A stretch of 64,000 nucleotides of DNA from Haliotis cracherodii. Taxonomy: Eukaryota. Positions 23,896 to 36,386 of the stretch are shown here, one piece after another. The stretch lies in NCBI RefSeq assembly GCF_022045235.1, contig NW_027266297.1, forward strand, positions 61,318,001 to 61,382,000, read 5' to 3'. Every line of letters starts with the position of its first letter. Positions within the stretch are counted from its first letter, which is position 1. The position numbers and the translations under genes are program-made. The notes under the pieces were generated by a model. That model worked only from the letters and a program-made list of their open reading frames with translations. It was not told the DNA's origin and did not search any database.

Positions 23896-26800
23896 ATGGC
23901 GCCTTTCGGTTCGATATTGCGACACCCGGTGTTCTGTGTGATAGCGGCCATCTGCATGGTACCCGTCACAGCAGGTTTGTTTTTAACACCAATAATTTAT
24001 GATAAATGGAGAGAAACGATCATGAATACTTTCTAGTAAACAATGTTTAAAGCTGAAAATTACAAATATATGGTTCATATTGCCTATTCGAAATATTGCA
24101 GATTGCGATATATACATAAACAATTTGTAGTCATTTCTGGTTTCCGAGCTCAAAGGTTGTATTTTCAACGGAGACAATTTAATGATTTAATGTACAAAGT
24201 GTCATTGTTATGCCTCTATTAAGAATTGTGAAATTCCATTGATTAAAAAAGTACCAGGTGCCGAAACAATGCATTTCAATGTAGACCTCCAAATCATGTC
24301 TCGTCTGACTTGTCACATGATCAGTATTGACCCTTCACGTGATGAATATTGACTCTTCTGCTAGAAACAAGATGGCGTCTTGTATACTACCATTTTCCGC
24401 TTTGCTAAGTTACTGTAAAGGAACACATAACGGCTTAATGGCTTCATAAATTTGAAAGTGAATTTCGGTATAACAAAACAACTGATTACTTTTGACAAGG
24501 TCATTATGCGACAACAAGGAGCTTCGGACCCGGCACATTCGTCGATCTGCCCAGACGATCTCAGGGGTCAGATCCTCGGGTCCTTGTTTTCGCATATGGA
24601 CCTATCAAGAGTAATTATTTTAATATAGTTTATCACTTTTTGTGAAAGGTTCTGCAGTGTGCTCCTCCTGCACCAGTAACAACGTGACCTGTGCTGACGG
24701 TATCTGTCTCCCCCGCTGTGTCAATGTGACGTCCTCTGGAGAGTGTCTCAGGTGCCGTGATTTCATGTTTCACGGTGTACAGTGTGAAACCCTCTGTCCA
24801 CACACCTGTCTCAACTCGCGTTGTGAGATGAACAACTCCCATGTTGTTTGCAAAGAGGGATGCGTGGCTGGCAAGAAGGGAGATAACTGTGGCGTGGACT
24901 GTCCGCCATCTTGTACACACTGTGTAGGGGATGAATGTATAGGTCCATGTTTGAACCCCCGGTATTTTGGTCCTAAATGTAAAACACCATGTCCCGAGGA
25001 CTGTAATAGTGGCTGCGATAAAAACACAGGGAAATGCAAATCATGTTCTGTAGGTTACATGGGGGAGCACTGTACCACTGTATGCCCCTCGGGATGTAAG
25101 GATGGGTGTCATCGGGTCACAGGGGCATGTAACAGCTGCAGGTCATGGTACAGTGGGGATTATTGTGACATTTGTCAGTCAGGGTACCGCGGGAAGTACT
25201 GTAACATTAATTGCCCAGCCTTATGTACAGCGTGTGAGCGCCATGGGAATAAGTGTATCGGAGCTTGCGTGAATATTTGGAATTACGGTCAATATTGTAA
25301 TCTCTCATGCCCATCCAACTGTAGAGAGAGGTGCGAGAAGTTGACGGGGGAATGTGATGGTTGTGTACCGGGGTTTAGAGGCACATATTGTAACGTTACC
25401 TGTCCAGTAAACTGTACAGAGTGTACGCGTCTTGCTGATGAGTGTGTGGAACCCTGTACTGATCGTAAGTCCTATGGAGAATCCTGCCAACACCACTGCC
25501 CAGTCAACTGCAAGGATGGCTGTTACAGACTGACGGGCGACTGCATCAACTGTAAACCTGGTTACAGAGGGAGATACTGCAAGCTTCAGTGTAGCAATGG
25601 AGCATGTAATCCAGGTGAAGTTATTACAGGATACTGTTTACACCCCTTTGGATTTTCTTTAGAAATGTTAAAACGTATTTGATATTCATTTTTTGTTAAA
25701 AATGAATGTAATGCAGGCAGTAAAGATTAAACGGGATAAACAAATTGGAAATATAATCTTTTTACCTTTTTACAGCAATGGCACCAGCGCCCTTGCATGT
25801 GTTTGTCACTGGTGTCACTGATGGGGCAAGATGCGCTCACCTTTTCGCGAACACCTGGTATCATCACTATTTGATAGAGATTCATAAACACATGGTCGTG
25901 ATATAGTAGGAATCGTACAACCACCTCTGCTTTTAGAAGAGATTTCTATTGAATATGGAGGAGGCGCTGTCGCTTTTAATGTTATTGCAATGGTTCCGTT
26001 TGTCATTCTAATTGATGCGAAATATTTGTGAATATATAATCCTTATTGAACTTTCAACTAGCAATGATTATTCATTCATATATATCATTTTAGGTGACCC
26101 GAGGCTGACTACGAAAGTCGTTTGTGGCGCACTAGCTGTGGTGGTGCTGCTGGGCATGTCTATAGCTGGGTCGGTGCTGATGAAGCGTTATAGAAGCCAT
26201 CATAGGTAGGTATATGGTCTGTAGTCATATAAGTTAAACATCATTACCTCATTAAATCGGCGTGTCGCTTAAAACGATTCAACTACATCATATAATCTAT
26301 ACTTTAAACATGTTCATATCAGTGCCCTACTTATATCACTAACCCGCTTTTCTGATCTTACTTTAGATATTATGTCAGGAAAATTTAGAAGATACTTTCA
26401 ATACAGATATTTATCACATTGTATAGTTTTACAATGATACATGTTCCATTTAATCGTTATATTATTCCACCCATGAAGATTCCGGGGTAGAATAGGTCTT
26501 CAGCAACCCATGCTTGCCGTAAAAGGTGACTATGCTTGTCGTAAAAGGCGACTAACGGGATCGGGTGGTAAGGCTCGCTGACTTGATTGATGCATGTCGT
26601 CGATCACAATTGCGTGGATCGATGCTCATGACATCAATCACTGGATTGTCTGGTGCAGACTCGATTATTTACAGGCCGCCGTCATATAGCTGTAATATTG
26701 CTGAGTGCGGCGTTAAACAACAAACCAACCAACCAACGTTATTCCGTTCCTTGACTAGTATTCAGTTGGTTAGATAAGTTGTCTGGTGACTTTAACTGAT

Positions 26801-27449
26801 AAAGCAGTTGTGAAACAAGTACTGAACACATTCTATATTTGTATTTGATAGTCGAGTTCCTGCCGCCGCTTGCCGAGCTGAACCAACACGTCGATGCAAC
26901 TGTGGCGATTACTGGACACACAGATACTGGGAAATAAATGAACAGGATGTGAACTCGGATCAATGTTTAGAGGAAGTAGCTCGGCCCACTTCGCGTAATC
27001 CCCGTACAATGGCAAGAACAACCCACGCTGAAGGCAGACCAGAGGAACCGGAACATGAACGACGGGTGTCAGACAACATAGAGGAACAAAACGCCAACTC
27101 TATATCTGTCTCAGGGACTCTCATTGAAACAGTTCAGGGGTCTAACACTGGGGCAGGATTGACAATGACTGCTTCCTACTGCGAAGCACGCCCTACAGTA
27201 ATTCATGATGATGATAATGATGATGGCTTGTGTCCCTTTGCTGAGAAAGTAGAGGACATCTCTTTTCTGAACACTGAAGGCGATCCAATACTTGTCTCAG
27301 CCAAAAGTGAAAATGATATTGATTATTGTCATATGTCACTTGATACCCAAAGGTTGATTAAAAAGACTGATTCGGTCCTATTCATAGAGCAAAACTGTGA
27401 CATGTCCAAAGTCAACGTCAAATATCTGACCCCAAAGTCCAAAACTTAA
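23896..27449 (+). CDS. Receptor paralog R3: multi-EGF-like type I membrane protein, ~584 aa. Exons 23896-23974, 24649-25614, 26094-26205, 26852-27449
   Basis: Signal MAPFGSILRHPVFCVIAAICMVPVTA with G|GT; EGF exon within ORF 24642-25682; TM KVVCGALAVVVLLGMSIAGSVLM-KR; tail with DYWTHRYWEINE and LIKKTDSVLFIEQNCDMSKVNVKYLTP. Confidence 0.9.
26469..26735 (+). mobile_element. SINE-like family D in an R3 intron
   Basis: Full-length match to 15371-15640. Confidence 0.85.
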
Positions 27450-27949
27450 CACTTAAACCATGGTCGTGTCCCTTTACATTGTACAGAGAGAAATAGAAAA
27501 TGTATACTTATAAATATAAAATAAAATATAATCACGTCATATGCTATTTAAGTTGTTGTCTTTTTGTTAATAATTTTACCACGTTGGATACCATGAATAC
27601 CATGGATAAAAGGTATGAGAGAACTGTGTCCTATCCCAAAACATTGCGTTCTATGTGACATTCACCGTTAGTATATCGGCTAATGACAGAACACGATACA
27701 TTTGGCTAGAATCTTGGCAACAAGGTTTAAAATTTTTTCTCAAAAAGAGAAAAATGATGTTGCCAGTTTTACCACGAACTTTGGTGTTAAATTTGCGAAA
27801 CAATCAAGAAACACTTTGTTCGAGTAGAGGAGGAGAAATATCACGATTTTATTTCCCTTGTGACAGAATGCTTTGCATAGCTACGACATGCTATGCTAGT
27901 TCATACAAACAGAACAAGAAACATTTTGCCACTAATAGTCTCTGTGCAA

Positions 27950-28550
27950 AGTGGTCAGGTCACCAGGCGAAGTTAGGCGACGTTGGTTGCGGAGAGTAGT
28001 TGGATGGGTGACCGTGTTCGGCGCCTGTGACGCCTGGGTGTCTATCATTTTAATCCTGCCTCACATTGAAGCACATGAAGCATACAGGTGGCTTTGTTCG
28101 AAATACGCCATTGTCCACACAGCAGCGAATGGGTACCCGGTAGGATGACATGGTAACCTGGCGCATCACCGGCAGCTTGGGTTGGTTTACGCCGCATTCA
28201 GCAATATTCCAGCTATAAGACGGCGGTCTGTAAATAATCGAGTCTGGACAAGACAATCCAGTGATTGATAACATGATCATCGATCCACGCAATTGGGATC
28301 GATGACATATATCAACCAAGTCAGCGAGCCTGACCACCCGATCCCGTTAGTCGCCTTTTACGACAAGCATAGTCACCTTTTACGGCAAGCATGGGTTGCT
28401 GAAGACCTATTCTATCTCGGAATCTTCACGGGCCCAGCTTGGGTTGGACTCTCGCCAGGGAGCTGAGAATGAAAATGGAATGCACCGTAATCCAATGACC
28501 GCGGTGAAAGTGTGCACTTTGAGCAAGAAAAATCCGTAATACAAATGGAC
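27950..28550 (+). mobile_element. SINE family E (5S-like head) interrupted by a family D copy (28186-28434, minus strand)
   Basis: GAAGTTAGGCGACGTTGGTTGCGGAGAGTAGTTGGATGGGTGACC resembles the 5S rRNA internal promoter region. The nested copy is flanked by 13-bp TSD CAGCTTGGGTTGG at 28173 and 28435. Confidence 0.7.
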
Positions 28551-28624
28551 TTTTATTGTAGCAAAGTTTGATATAATAATATACACCTGTCAATGTCTTC
28601 ACACTGAATTTCATTTTCACTGCA

Positions 28625-28742
28625 TATGGATGTCAAGTTCTTTATTATGATCATAATAAAGAACTTTACATCATAATAAAGAACTTGACATCCATAAATT
28701 CTCTTCCTTATGTGTATCACTTCTAAATGCCTTTCAAAGACT
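28625..28742. repeat. Palindromic junction of Penelope pseudo-LTR ends
   Basis: ATGGATGTCAAGTTCTTTATTATGA is followed by its reverse complement, then by sequence matching the reverse complement of 3742-3812. Confidence 0.7.
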
Positions 28743-29630
28743 GAATTAAACCATACGACATGGTATGAAAGACGGGTATATTATCTGCATGACTGATGGC
28801 GAGGGATGTATCCGAATATCAGTGACACATATAGATAAAGACCTCATTGCAATTTATTCAGTAGACATTATATATTTCAACGTAAACTCACGAAAGTACT
28901 TCAGTATCTCAAACAGTGCATAGTGAAATAACACAAGAAACAAGGAAGAAATTAACCCAATAACCGGACACGATGTTTTTTAAAACCGTCTTTTAAAACT
29001 TACAATGCATATATATATGGCTTTGATTTACATAATCAGCTAATATTATTCATACAAGATGATGTTGAGGTCAGCATTAACACGTGTTATGCACATCAAC
29101 TACATAATTTATTTCCTGGTATATGATTAATCACCATGTATGCATGAATATGAAACATGAATAAAAACATGGAAACAGAAACATTCGTGGCTAGATTTGT
29201 GGTGACGAGGTACGTCCATCCTCTTATTTAAATCATTTTTAACTCAGGAAATCAATTAAAAAAGATTCTTTTGTCTAATGTTAGTTATCACACAGTTGAA
29301 AGTTGCTTGTACACATATTTAAAAGTACACGAAATCAGTTTGATTTTGTAAATGTGCGTAGCACTTAGCATTGCTCGTTTCAACATGTCCATATCATTTG
29401 TTCACCCCTTCATTTTAACACGTATGTATATGTTTCTAGAAGAAGTGTTTTGTGTGTAGGACTATCGTATTCATTCCGTATATTTTACGTTAACTTAAAA
29501 AACTAGTTTTATTGATTTCTTTTCACAGAGATACCAATTGTTACTTGAACAAAGCATTACCGACAGCTAGCTGTATCTACCATGAATATAATTGGAAGCT
29601 GAAGTAAATATATGACAACAAGTAATTCAA

Positions 29631-29800
29631 GTGAGTGAGTGAGTGAGTATGGTTTTACGCCGCTTTTAGCAATATTCGAGCAATATCACGGCGGGGGACA
29701 CAAGAAATGGGCTTTACACATTGTACCCATGTCGGGAATCGAACCCGGGTCTTCTGCGTGACGAGCTAACGCTTTAACCACTAGGCTACCCGACCGCCCC
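29631..29800 (-). mobile_element. SINE family A, full length
   Basis: Reverse complement of 1220-1380; TSD AGTA(A/G)TTCAAG. Confidence 0.9.
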
Positions 29801-29963
29801 AGTAGTTCAAGAGTGTGAACAGATGTTGGCGGATTACAACATAAAAGATCTAGACTACTCGCCTATTAAATAATTTCATTAAATCTTCCTCGTCATTAGT
29901 TTCACGACCGTTTCAGAAACCCGTATGTAGCACTTACAGGACCTGGTGCACAAGATAAGTTTC

Positions 29964-32900
29964 ATGTCAGCCATGCTGGTTATAATGAAGCTGCTGTTTT
30001 TCATAACAGGTATGTACTTTGATGCAGAAAAGTTTATTGCTTTGCATTTACGGCAAACCCCTAAAGGATATTCGACCCGTGAAGATTCCGGGGTAGAATA
30101 GGTCTTCAGCAACCAATGCTAACCGTAAAAGGTGACTATGCTTGTCGTAAAAGGCGACTAACGGGATCGGGTGGTCAGGCTCGCTGACTTGGTTGATGCA
30201 TGTCATTGATCCCAAATGCGTGGATCGATGATCATGATATTAATCATTGGATTGTCTGGTCCAGAATCGATTATTTACAGACCACAGTCATATAAGCTGG
30301 AATATTGCTGAGTTCGGCGTTAAAAAACAAGCCCCTAAAGGATATTCGTTATTGCAACGTGAACGAAACAAGAGAGTTTGGGATAACACCAACTTAAAAT
30401 TAGAACTACTGAATGATCGTGTACCTGGTGATGCGATCAAATAACATCAGTTTTGGAATCGACATTGAAACAGTAGTTTATGTACATGTATTGTGAGGGT
30501 TCATTTTTTTGGAATCTGTTTACTGTCCATGTGACAGGTAAACTAATATAAATACACAAGATTTCCGTTGTATAAACCTTCAGAGCAGTTAGGAACTTTA
30601 GAGAGAGAGAGTGAGTGAATAAGTATTGTTTTACGCCACTTTTAGCAATATTCCAGCAACATCACAGCAGGGGAATCAGAAATGGGCTTCACACATTGCA
30701 CCCGTGTGGGGACTCGAACCCGGGATTTCGGTGTGACGACAAACGCTTTAACCACTAGGCTACCACATCGCCCCTGATAAGAGTGAAGGTGTTGTATAAA
30801 CTGAGTATATCAAGGAATACATGTTTCCTATTCTTTGAGTGGAGTTCTAATGAAGATATGTTTCTCACTGTAGCCATAGCTGTTTCGTCGAGTAAACCTT
30901 GTACCAACTGTGACCGTAACAACGCGACCTGTGTCGACGGTGTGTGTCTACCTCGCTGTGTCAGTGGAGAGTGTCTCCAGTGTCGGGACCCCAGGTTCTA
31001 TGGTAAACAGTGTGAACAGGACTGTCCAGACACCTGTCTCAACTCTCGCTGTCAGCTGGACAACACCCGTGTTGTGTGTACAGAGGGATGTGTGACCGGC
31101 AAGAAGGGAGATAACTGTGGTGTGAACTGTGATGCCGCGTGTACGCAGTGTGAACGTTATGGCAATGACTGTATGGGACGTTGTCAGGACCCTCGGTACT
31201 ACGGTCCCCTGTGTAGGACGACTTGTCCTTCCAGCTGTCGAGGTGGATGTGATAAAGACACAGGGGAGTGTGACAAATGTGATTCAGGCTACAACGGAAG
31301 GTACAAGATAAAGTATATTAAACTTTAACTTCTTTTGAATAGTATTTCATGCAGATAGATATAAATTATCGTTGATCAAGTACGCGGCATTCATTATACA
31401 AAAGATAAAATATAAACAATTGTATGTGGAATATGCTTGTCGTAAGAGGCACTAACGGGATCGGGTGGTCAGCCTCCCTGACTTGGTTGATACATGCCAT
31501 CGTGTCCCAATTGAGTGGACCGATTCTCATGATGTCCATCACTGGATTGTCTTGTCTCGAGTATTTCCAGACCGCCGTCATATAGCTGGAATATTGCTGA
31601 GTGAGGCGTTAAACAGCAAACAAAACAAAGGAAAAGTATATGGAATACGTCATTTGATAACTTATTTAGTTTTATATTTAACGTTATCGTTTACAAAATT
31701 AAATTTGTTGGAAATTACCAAACTGTCAAATTCATCTGTCAGTAGTGAAGAGATGTGTCTCAGATGTGGACCCCAGTTCCTCTACTGTGACGGACAGTGC
31801 TTCCAGTGCATTGGCGACAACTGCCACAACTCTCCCTGTGGGACACGTAACTAGTTTATTTTATTGCAGATATCATGGTAAACTTTATTATTAGATCGTT
31901 TATACGGAATGACATAGTAATGTTTATTGAACTCATCATAAGCTTCATTATTATTTTCTTATATACCTGATTTTACAATCATTAAGAATTCTATATTTAA
32001 AAATGTCGTTGTCAAAGTTGATCCATTTCTGAACAACTAGTCACAAAGACGACGAAACAATTTCCAACATTTTGTACAAATTAAATATTTTGTCAATAAT
32101 GCATTGTGAATTGAGATCTTGTTTTGTAAGTGTATAATGTTTCTATCATGTATATTGTTCTTTATGTAGGACGCACATATCACAGCCTACTAGTTGTATC
32201 GGGAATCCTCGCAGTGATTGTACTTATTGGGTCAGCCTGCGTTGTGGTAAATCTAGCAAGACGAAAGACCAGATGTCGAAAGAGGTAATAATTTATGTCT
32301 AATGATAAATGTTAACAAATGCCAATTTGCGTCAATCGAGTGTTATCTAACCCTTTCCCTACCTCTAATAATAACTAAGTTTTAAAAGCATCTTACAGTC
32401 TCTAGACGGCGAACTGAAGTTGAAAAAGCTTGTCCAAAGACTAGTCTCCATGCGTTGAAACCCATACGCCGTCATGATAACCATCACGTTATCAAACGAA
32501 GAGGAGAGAAAGGGACGTACTGGGGACAGAAGTTGCCTGACACTGAGACTAGCCGACACACTTGTGTCTAAACCTTGGTAATGGCCTGTCCTCATCTGGC
32601 CTACACCTCAGATCGCCTACACTACTATCAAAACAAATTTATGGATGAGTGCACATCACACTTGTACCCTTATCCCTTAAGTAAAATGAACTCTTCCAAC
32701 AAGATAACAAAGAATGTAAATGTCTTTTGAAACCGTAATTTCATTTTGTATATGAGATCATCTTCACAACTCAAATGTTTTCACAACATCAAATATCATA
32801 AGTACACATGTATTATCATAGCAATGTACATTTATATCCATCATCTTCATGTTTTATAACATTAGCGCTACATCATTACTAGCAAAATTACTGTAATTTA

Positions 32901-33971
32901 CAGACATTCGGAGATGAGTAGACCTGTTAAAATGCTCAGATTGGATTATTTCAGGTAAGGTAATGCATACACACTTACAAAACTTTTGAGATGAGTAGAC
33001 CTGTTAAATGATCAAAGTGGATTATAACAGTAATCCTGTATAAACAGTCAAAATAAGTTCAAGGATCAGCTACCACTATGAACACATCGGATTAGTTCAA
33101 TGGCCCATGTACTCTGGTCATTAATTCATATTAATGAATGAAATCATTAATGGGTTAATGGACTGTACCATTTTACACAACAGGGGTGTGGAAGTAACCA
33201 TTTATATTTAGTGAAGGCCATATGAGGTGTAGGCGATATAAGGTGTAGGCCAGATGAGGGCAAGCCTTGAGTAATACCTCTTTGTTATATAAACAATCTA
33301 ACTGTACAATTAAGAGTGTGAACCTTTTGTTTTACAGAAAGACCACCCAGTCCGGAGAAGAGGCCACAGACGGGAGAGATGAGGCCGACCACAAAGTCTC
33401 GAAGAGCGATGGCAGTGGTCACTGGGCACACAAGTACTGGGAAATACACGATAAAGCCACAGATACCGATTCGTATGTAAGCATTTTGTCTTTAAATGGA
33501 CTAACAGTGACCAGTGTTAATGAAAGCGACGTCATGAGGATGCAAAAGTCCACTGGTCAAGAGTCCCCATCTGTGTCAACTGACCCATCCGCCGTGCAGT
33601 CTGATTCGGACAAAACAAGACATCACTGGGAAAAGGAAACTATGGACGGCTGTTTCAAGCATGGTGGACTGAATATGAATCCAGAGGCGAACATAATTGC
33701 AGAAGGTCAACCTGATACTACGTCTGGAGGTCGAGCAATCCAAAAACCGTATTTGTGGAAGTCATCGTCACTTTCCGACTTGGTTGAATCAAGGGAGACA
33801 TTGGTCCAAAATAGTTATGTTAGTCTTAACTGCCTATCATCAAACACCCAGCAATTGATCAGGAAGACCAATTCAATCATATTAATAGAGCGAAACTGTG
33901 ACTTGTCTCAAGAGTATGTGAGATATCTCACACCTGGGAAGGTTGACATCCAGTCTGAAATCAGACCTTAA
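29964..33971 (+). CDS. Receptor paralog R4: short-ectodomain member, ~441 aa, possibly decaying. Exons 29964-30009, 30874-31300, 31743-31846, 32170-32284, 33338-33971
   Basis: Short signal MSAMLVIMKLLFFIT with G|GT; EGF part in ORFs 30783-31328 and 31465-31854, joinable by a phase-2 intron; TM LLVVSGILAVIVLIGSACVVVNLA-RRK; tail with both conserved boxes. The start codon and the 31301-31742 intron are uncertain. Confidence 0.75.
30075..30331 (+). mobile_element. SINE-like family D in an R4 intron
   Basis: Perfect 17-bp TSD CCCCTAAAGGATATTCG at 30058 and 30332. Confidence 0.9.
30611..30774 (-). mobile_element. SINE family A
   Basis: Diverged match to 1220-1380. Confidence 0.85.
32583..33266. 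mobile_element. MITE, possibly Mutator-like, in the R4 TM-tail intron
   Basis: TIR GGCCTGTCCTCATCTGGCCTACACCT / AGGTGTAGGCCAGATGAGGGCAAGCC; imperfect 8-9 bp flanking repeat TTG(A)GTAAT. Confidence 0.7.
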
Positions 33972-35610
33972 TAATGATGTATAAACCTTGTTGAATACGT
34001 TATTGATGTTTGTTTTTTAAATAATGGTAGATATAATTGTATTCCTGTTTGGAGAGTTTATGGATCATCCTGGGTCAAAAACAAAATACAGACATATCTG
34101 AACTGTTGAATCATTCCATTCTAAGATCTCGCCTCCTGATTTGTTTTGATGACTCTGGAAGAGTTCTTCTATTATTGTCTTCGGCAATGACTTGTACACT
34201 TTCCTGTGCCTTTACAACTACATGCAGGATGTTATGACACATGATTATATGTGTGAATAAAACATGGACTACCGTCACTGAAACATTAGTGTTATGATTG
34301 GTTGGTTTGCATGGTTTGCTGAAGATCTATTCTACCACGGATCTTCACGGGTCTTGTGTTATGAACATACTGTTTAGTCTAAGAAGTAAAACAAAACGAC
34401 CGACCACTTTCGTTTATGTTTGAAATTTGCTCAACGGGATTCGACATATATAGAAGAACTTCTAACACAATCACCATGCTGTAATCACCTTTGCAAAATG
34501 TCCTCAGTGATTCCTGACAACCCAACGAGGATGCAGTTGCAAACATCAAAGCAAATCTTGCTTCTTCCATGAATATTTCATGTTATGCATTAGCAGCAAT
34601 ATAGCATCTAATGACAAAATGATTGAGGTAGACACAAATAACATGGTACATATTAAGTTCCATTATTGTGGTCGCCTTTGCAGGTGTATATGTGCTGGGA
34701 ACATTATTCAAGTTGTTGTGTAGTTGTTTGACGCCGCACTCGGCAATATTTCAGATTTATGCAGCGGTCTGTAAATAATCGAGTCGGGACCAGACAATAC
34801 GGTGATTGACATCATCGATCTTAAGCAATAGGGATACGAGCCTGACCACCCGATCCCGTTAGAAGCCTCTAAACGGTTTATCCTCACTTTGCCACCAGGC
34901 CACCAGGGATTAACAGTAGCAATGTTTATACAAGCATAGGGTTGTTGAAGAGCTATTCTAATCCGGATCTTTACGAATCATGTTTTAAATACACATACTA
35001 ATTGATTAAATATACATTCAGTGATATGTCGACAACCGCATGAATACTATTTCCCTCTCTAAATCGTTTGTTTTATTATTGGAGGCAATAATACAACATA
35101 CACAAGAACCTGAAACCTAACCCACTTGCATGCATGATAAATATCATGTCAAAGCATTCATTGAAGGCATATATAAAAAAAGAGGTTTCGTGAGGTAAGG
35201 GAAACTGAAATATTTCCTAGTATTAATATTTACTTGTTATCGTAAGCTAAGGAAATTATTGTATTCAATCCAAGGAAAACCATAAACTGTGTTCATTTTT
35301 AACAATCACTGGCTTTGTTTTGCTGACCGTACTATGCATTGCAATCTTGTTGATGTTGAATAACTAATTAAAGACGGAGTATCGCTAAAACCATACTCAC
35401 TCACTCTTTTCATTATAGACTCCTAAGCTGTGGTCATGACCTTACAACGTTACTTGGTTTCCTCTGAGGACAGGACGAACTCACTCATTTCATGAACTTT
35501 TATTTGCATTGAAATTAGCATAGTGTAATGTAGTACAGGTATACAATCTGTGCATTCTTTGTTTCAATGGATCTTAATTACGAATTTACATGATTACATC
35601 AACTGCAATG

Positions 35611-35850
35611 CGAGGTGAAACGGGGCTTAACGTCGCGTCCAAAATTATTGCGCTTATACCGACGTGCATGCTCATGTGTATGTGTGTGTGTGCGTGTGCG
35701 TGTGCGTGTGTGTGTGTGGCTGCTTGTACTAGTCCGGACGGATGCCGATTGATAGTGCTAGCCCACTGAGATACCATTCCGCAGTTAAACATGGATATCT
35801 TACTCAGACACAGTATCCTGACTCCTAGCCAACCAGTCATTGTTTTAGCC
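35611..35850 (-). mobile_element. SINE family B, truncated, with expanded (TG/CG) microsatellite
   Basis: Matches 10487-10700. Confidence 0.8.
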
Positions 35851-36106
35851 GAAGATTCCATCTATGCGATAAGAATACGATTAAGATACAACTGCTTTTT
35901 TCTGTAGACACACTCATGTTTAACCTATCCACAGTAAAGCATTTAACTAACATTCATCGATATGCCTTTAACCCTAATTCAATAACCTTGTCCCTTATGT
36001 ATTTCACACCTCTCAGAAAACAATTCGCAAGAGTTGGATTATTGCACAGATGACTAGAGAAACCAAGAAAATTATTAATAGTCCCATACATCATGGATAC
36101 TATGAG

Positions 36107-36386
36107 TGAGTTAGTGAGTTGGATTTAACGCCGCTTTTAACATTATTCCAGTTATATCAGGGCGTGTCAGCTTAATGAGGGAGGAAAGCCCGAAGTGATG
36201 CAGGTCTCAGACGTTTACCACTTCGTTGAAACCCACTATCACGGGTATGGTGCTGACAAACCTAGAAACATAATTGGAGCGAACCGGGATTCGAACCCAC
36301 AATCACAGGTTTCTGGCGTGCCCAAGGGACGCAACTCTGCACAGCGAATTTTGGCGCCTTAGACGACTGGGCCACCCGTGCCCCCC
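36107..36386 (-). mobile_element. SINE family C
   Basis: 12-bp TSD GGATACTATGAG at 36095 and 36387. Confidence 0.9.

Noticed and set aside
27965-28015. Possible 5S rRNA gene
   Set aside because: Only a partial, diverged match embedded in a dispersed repeat.
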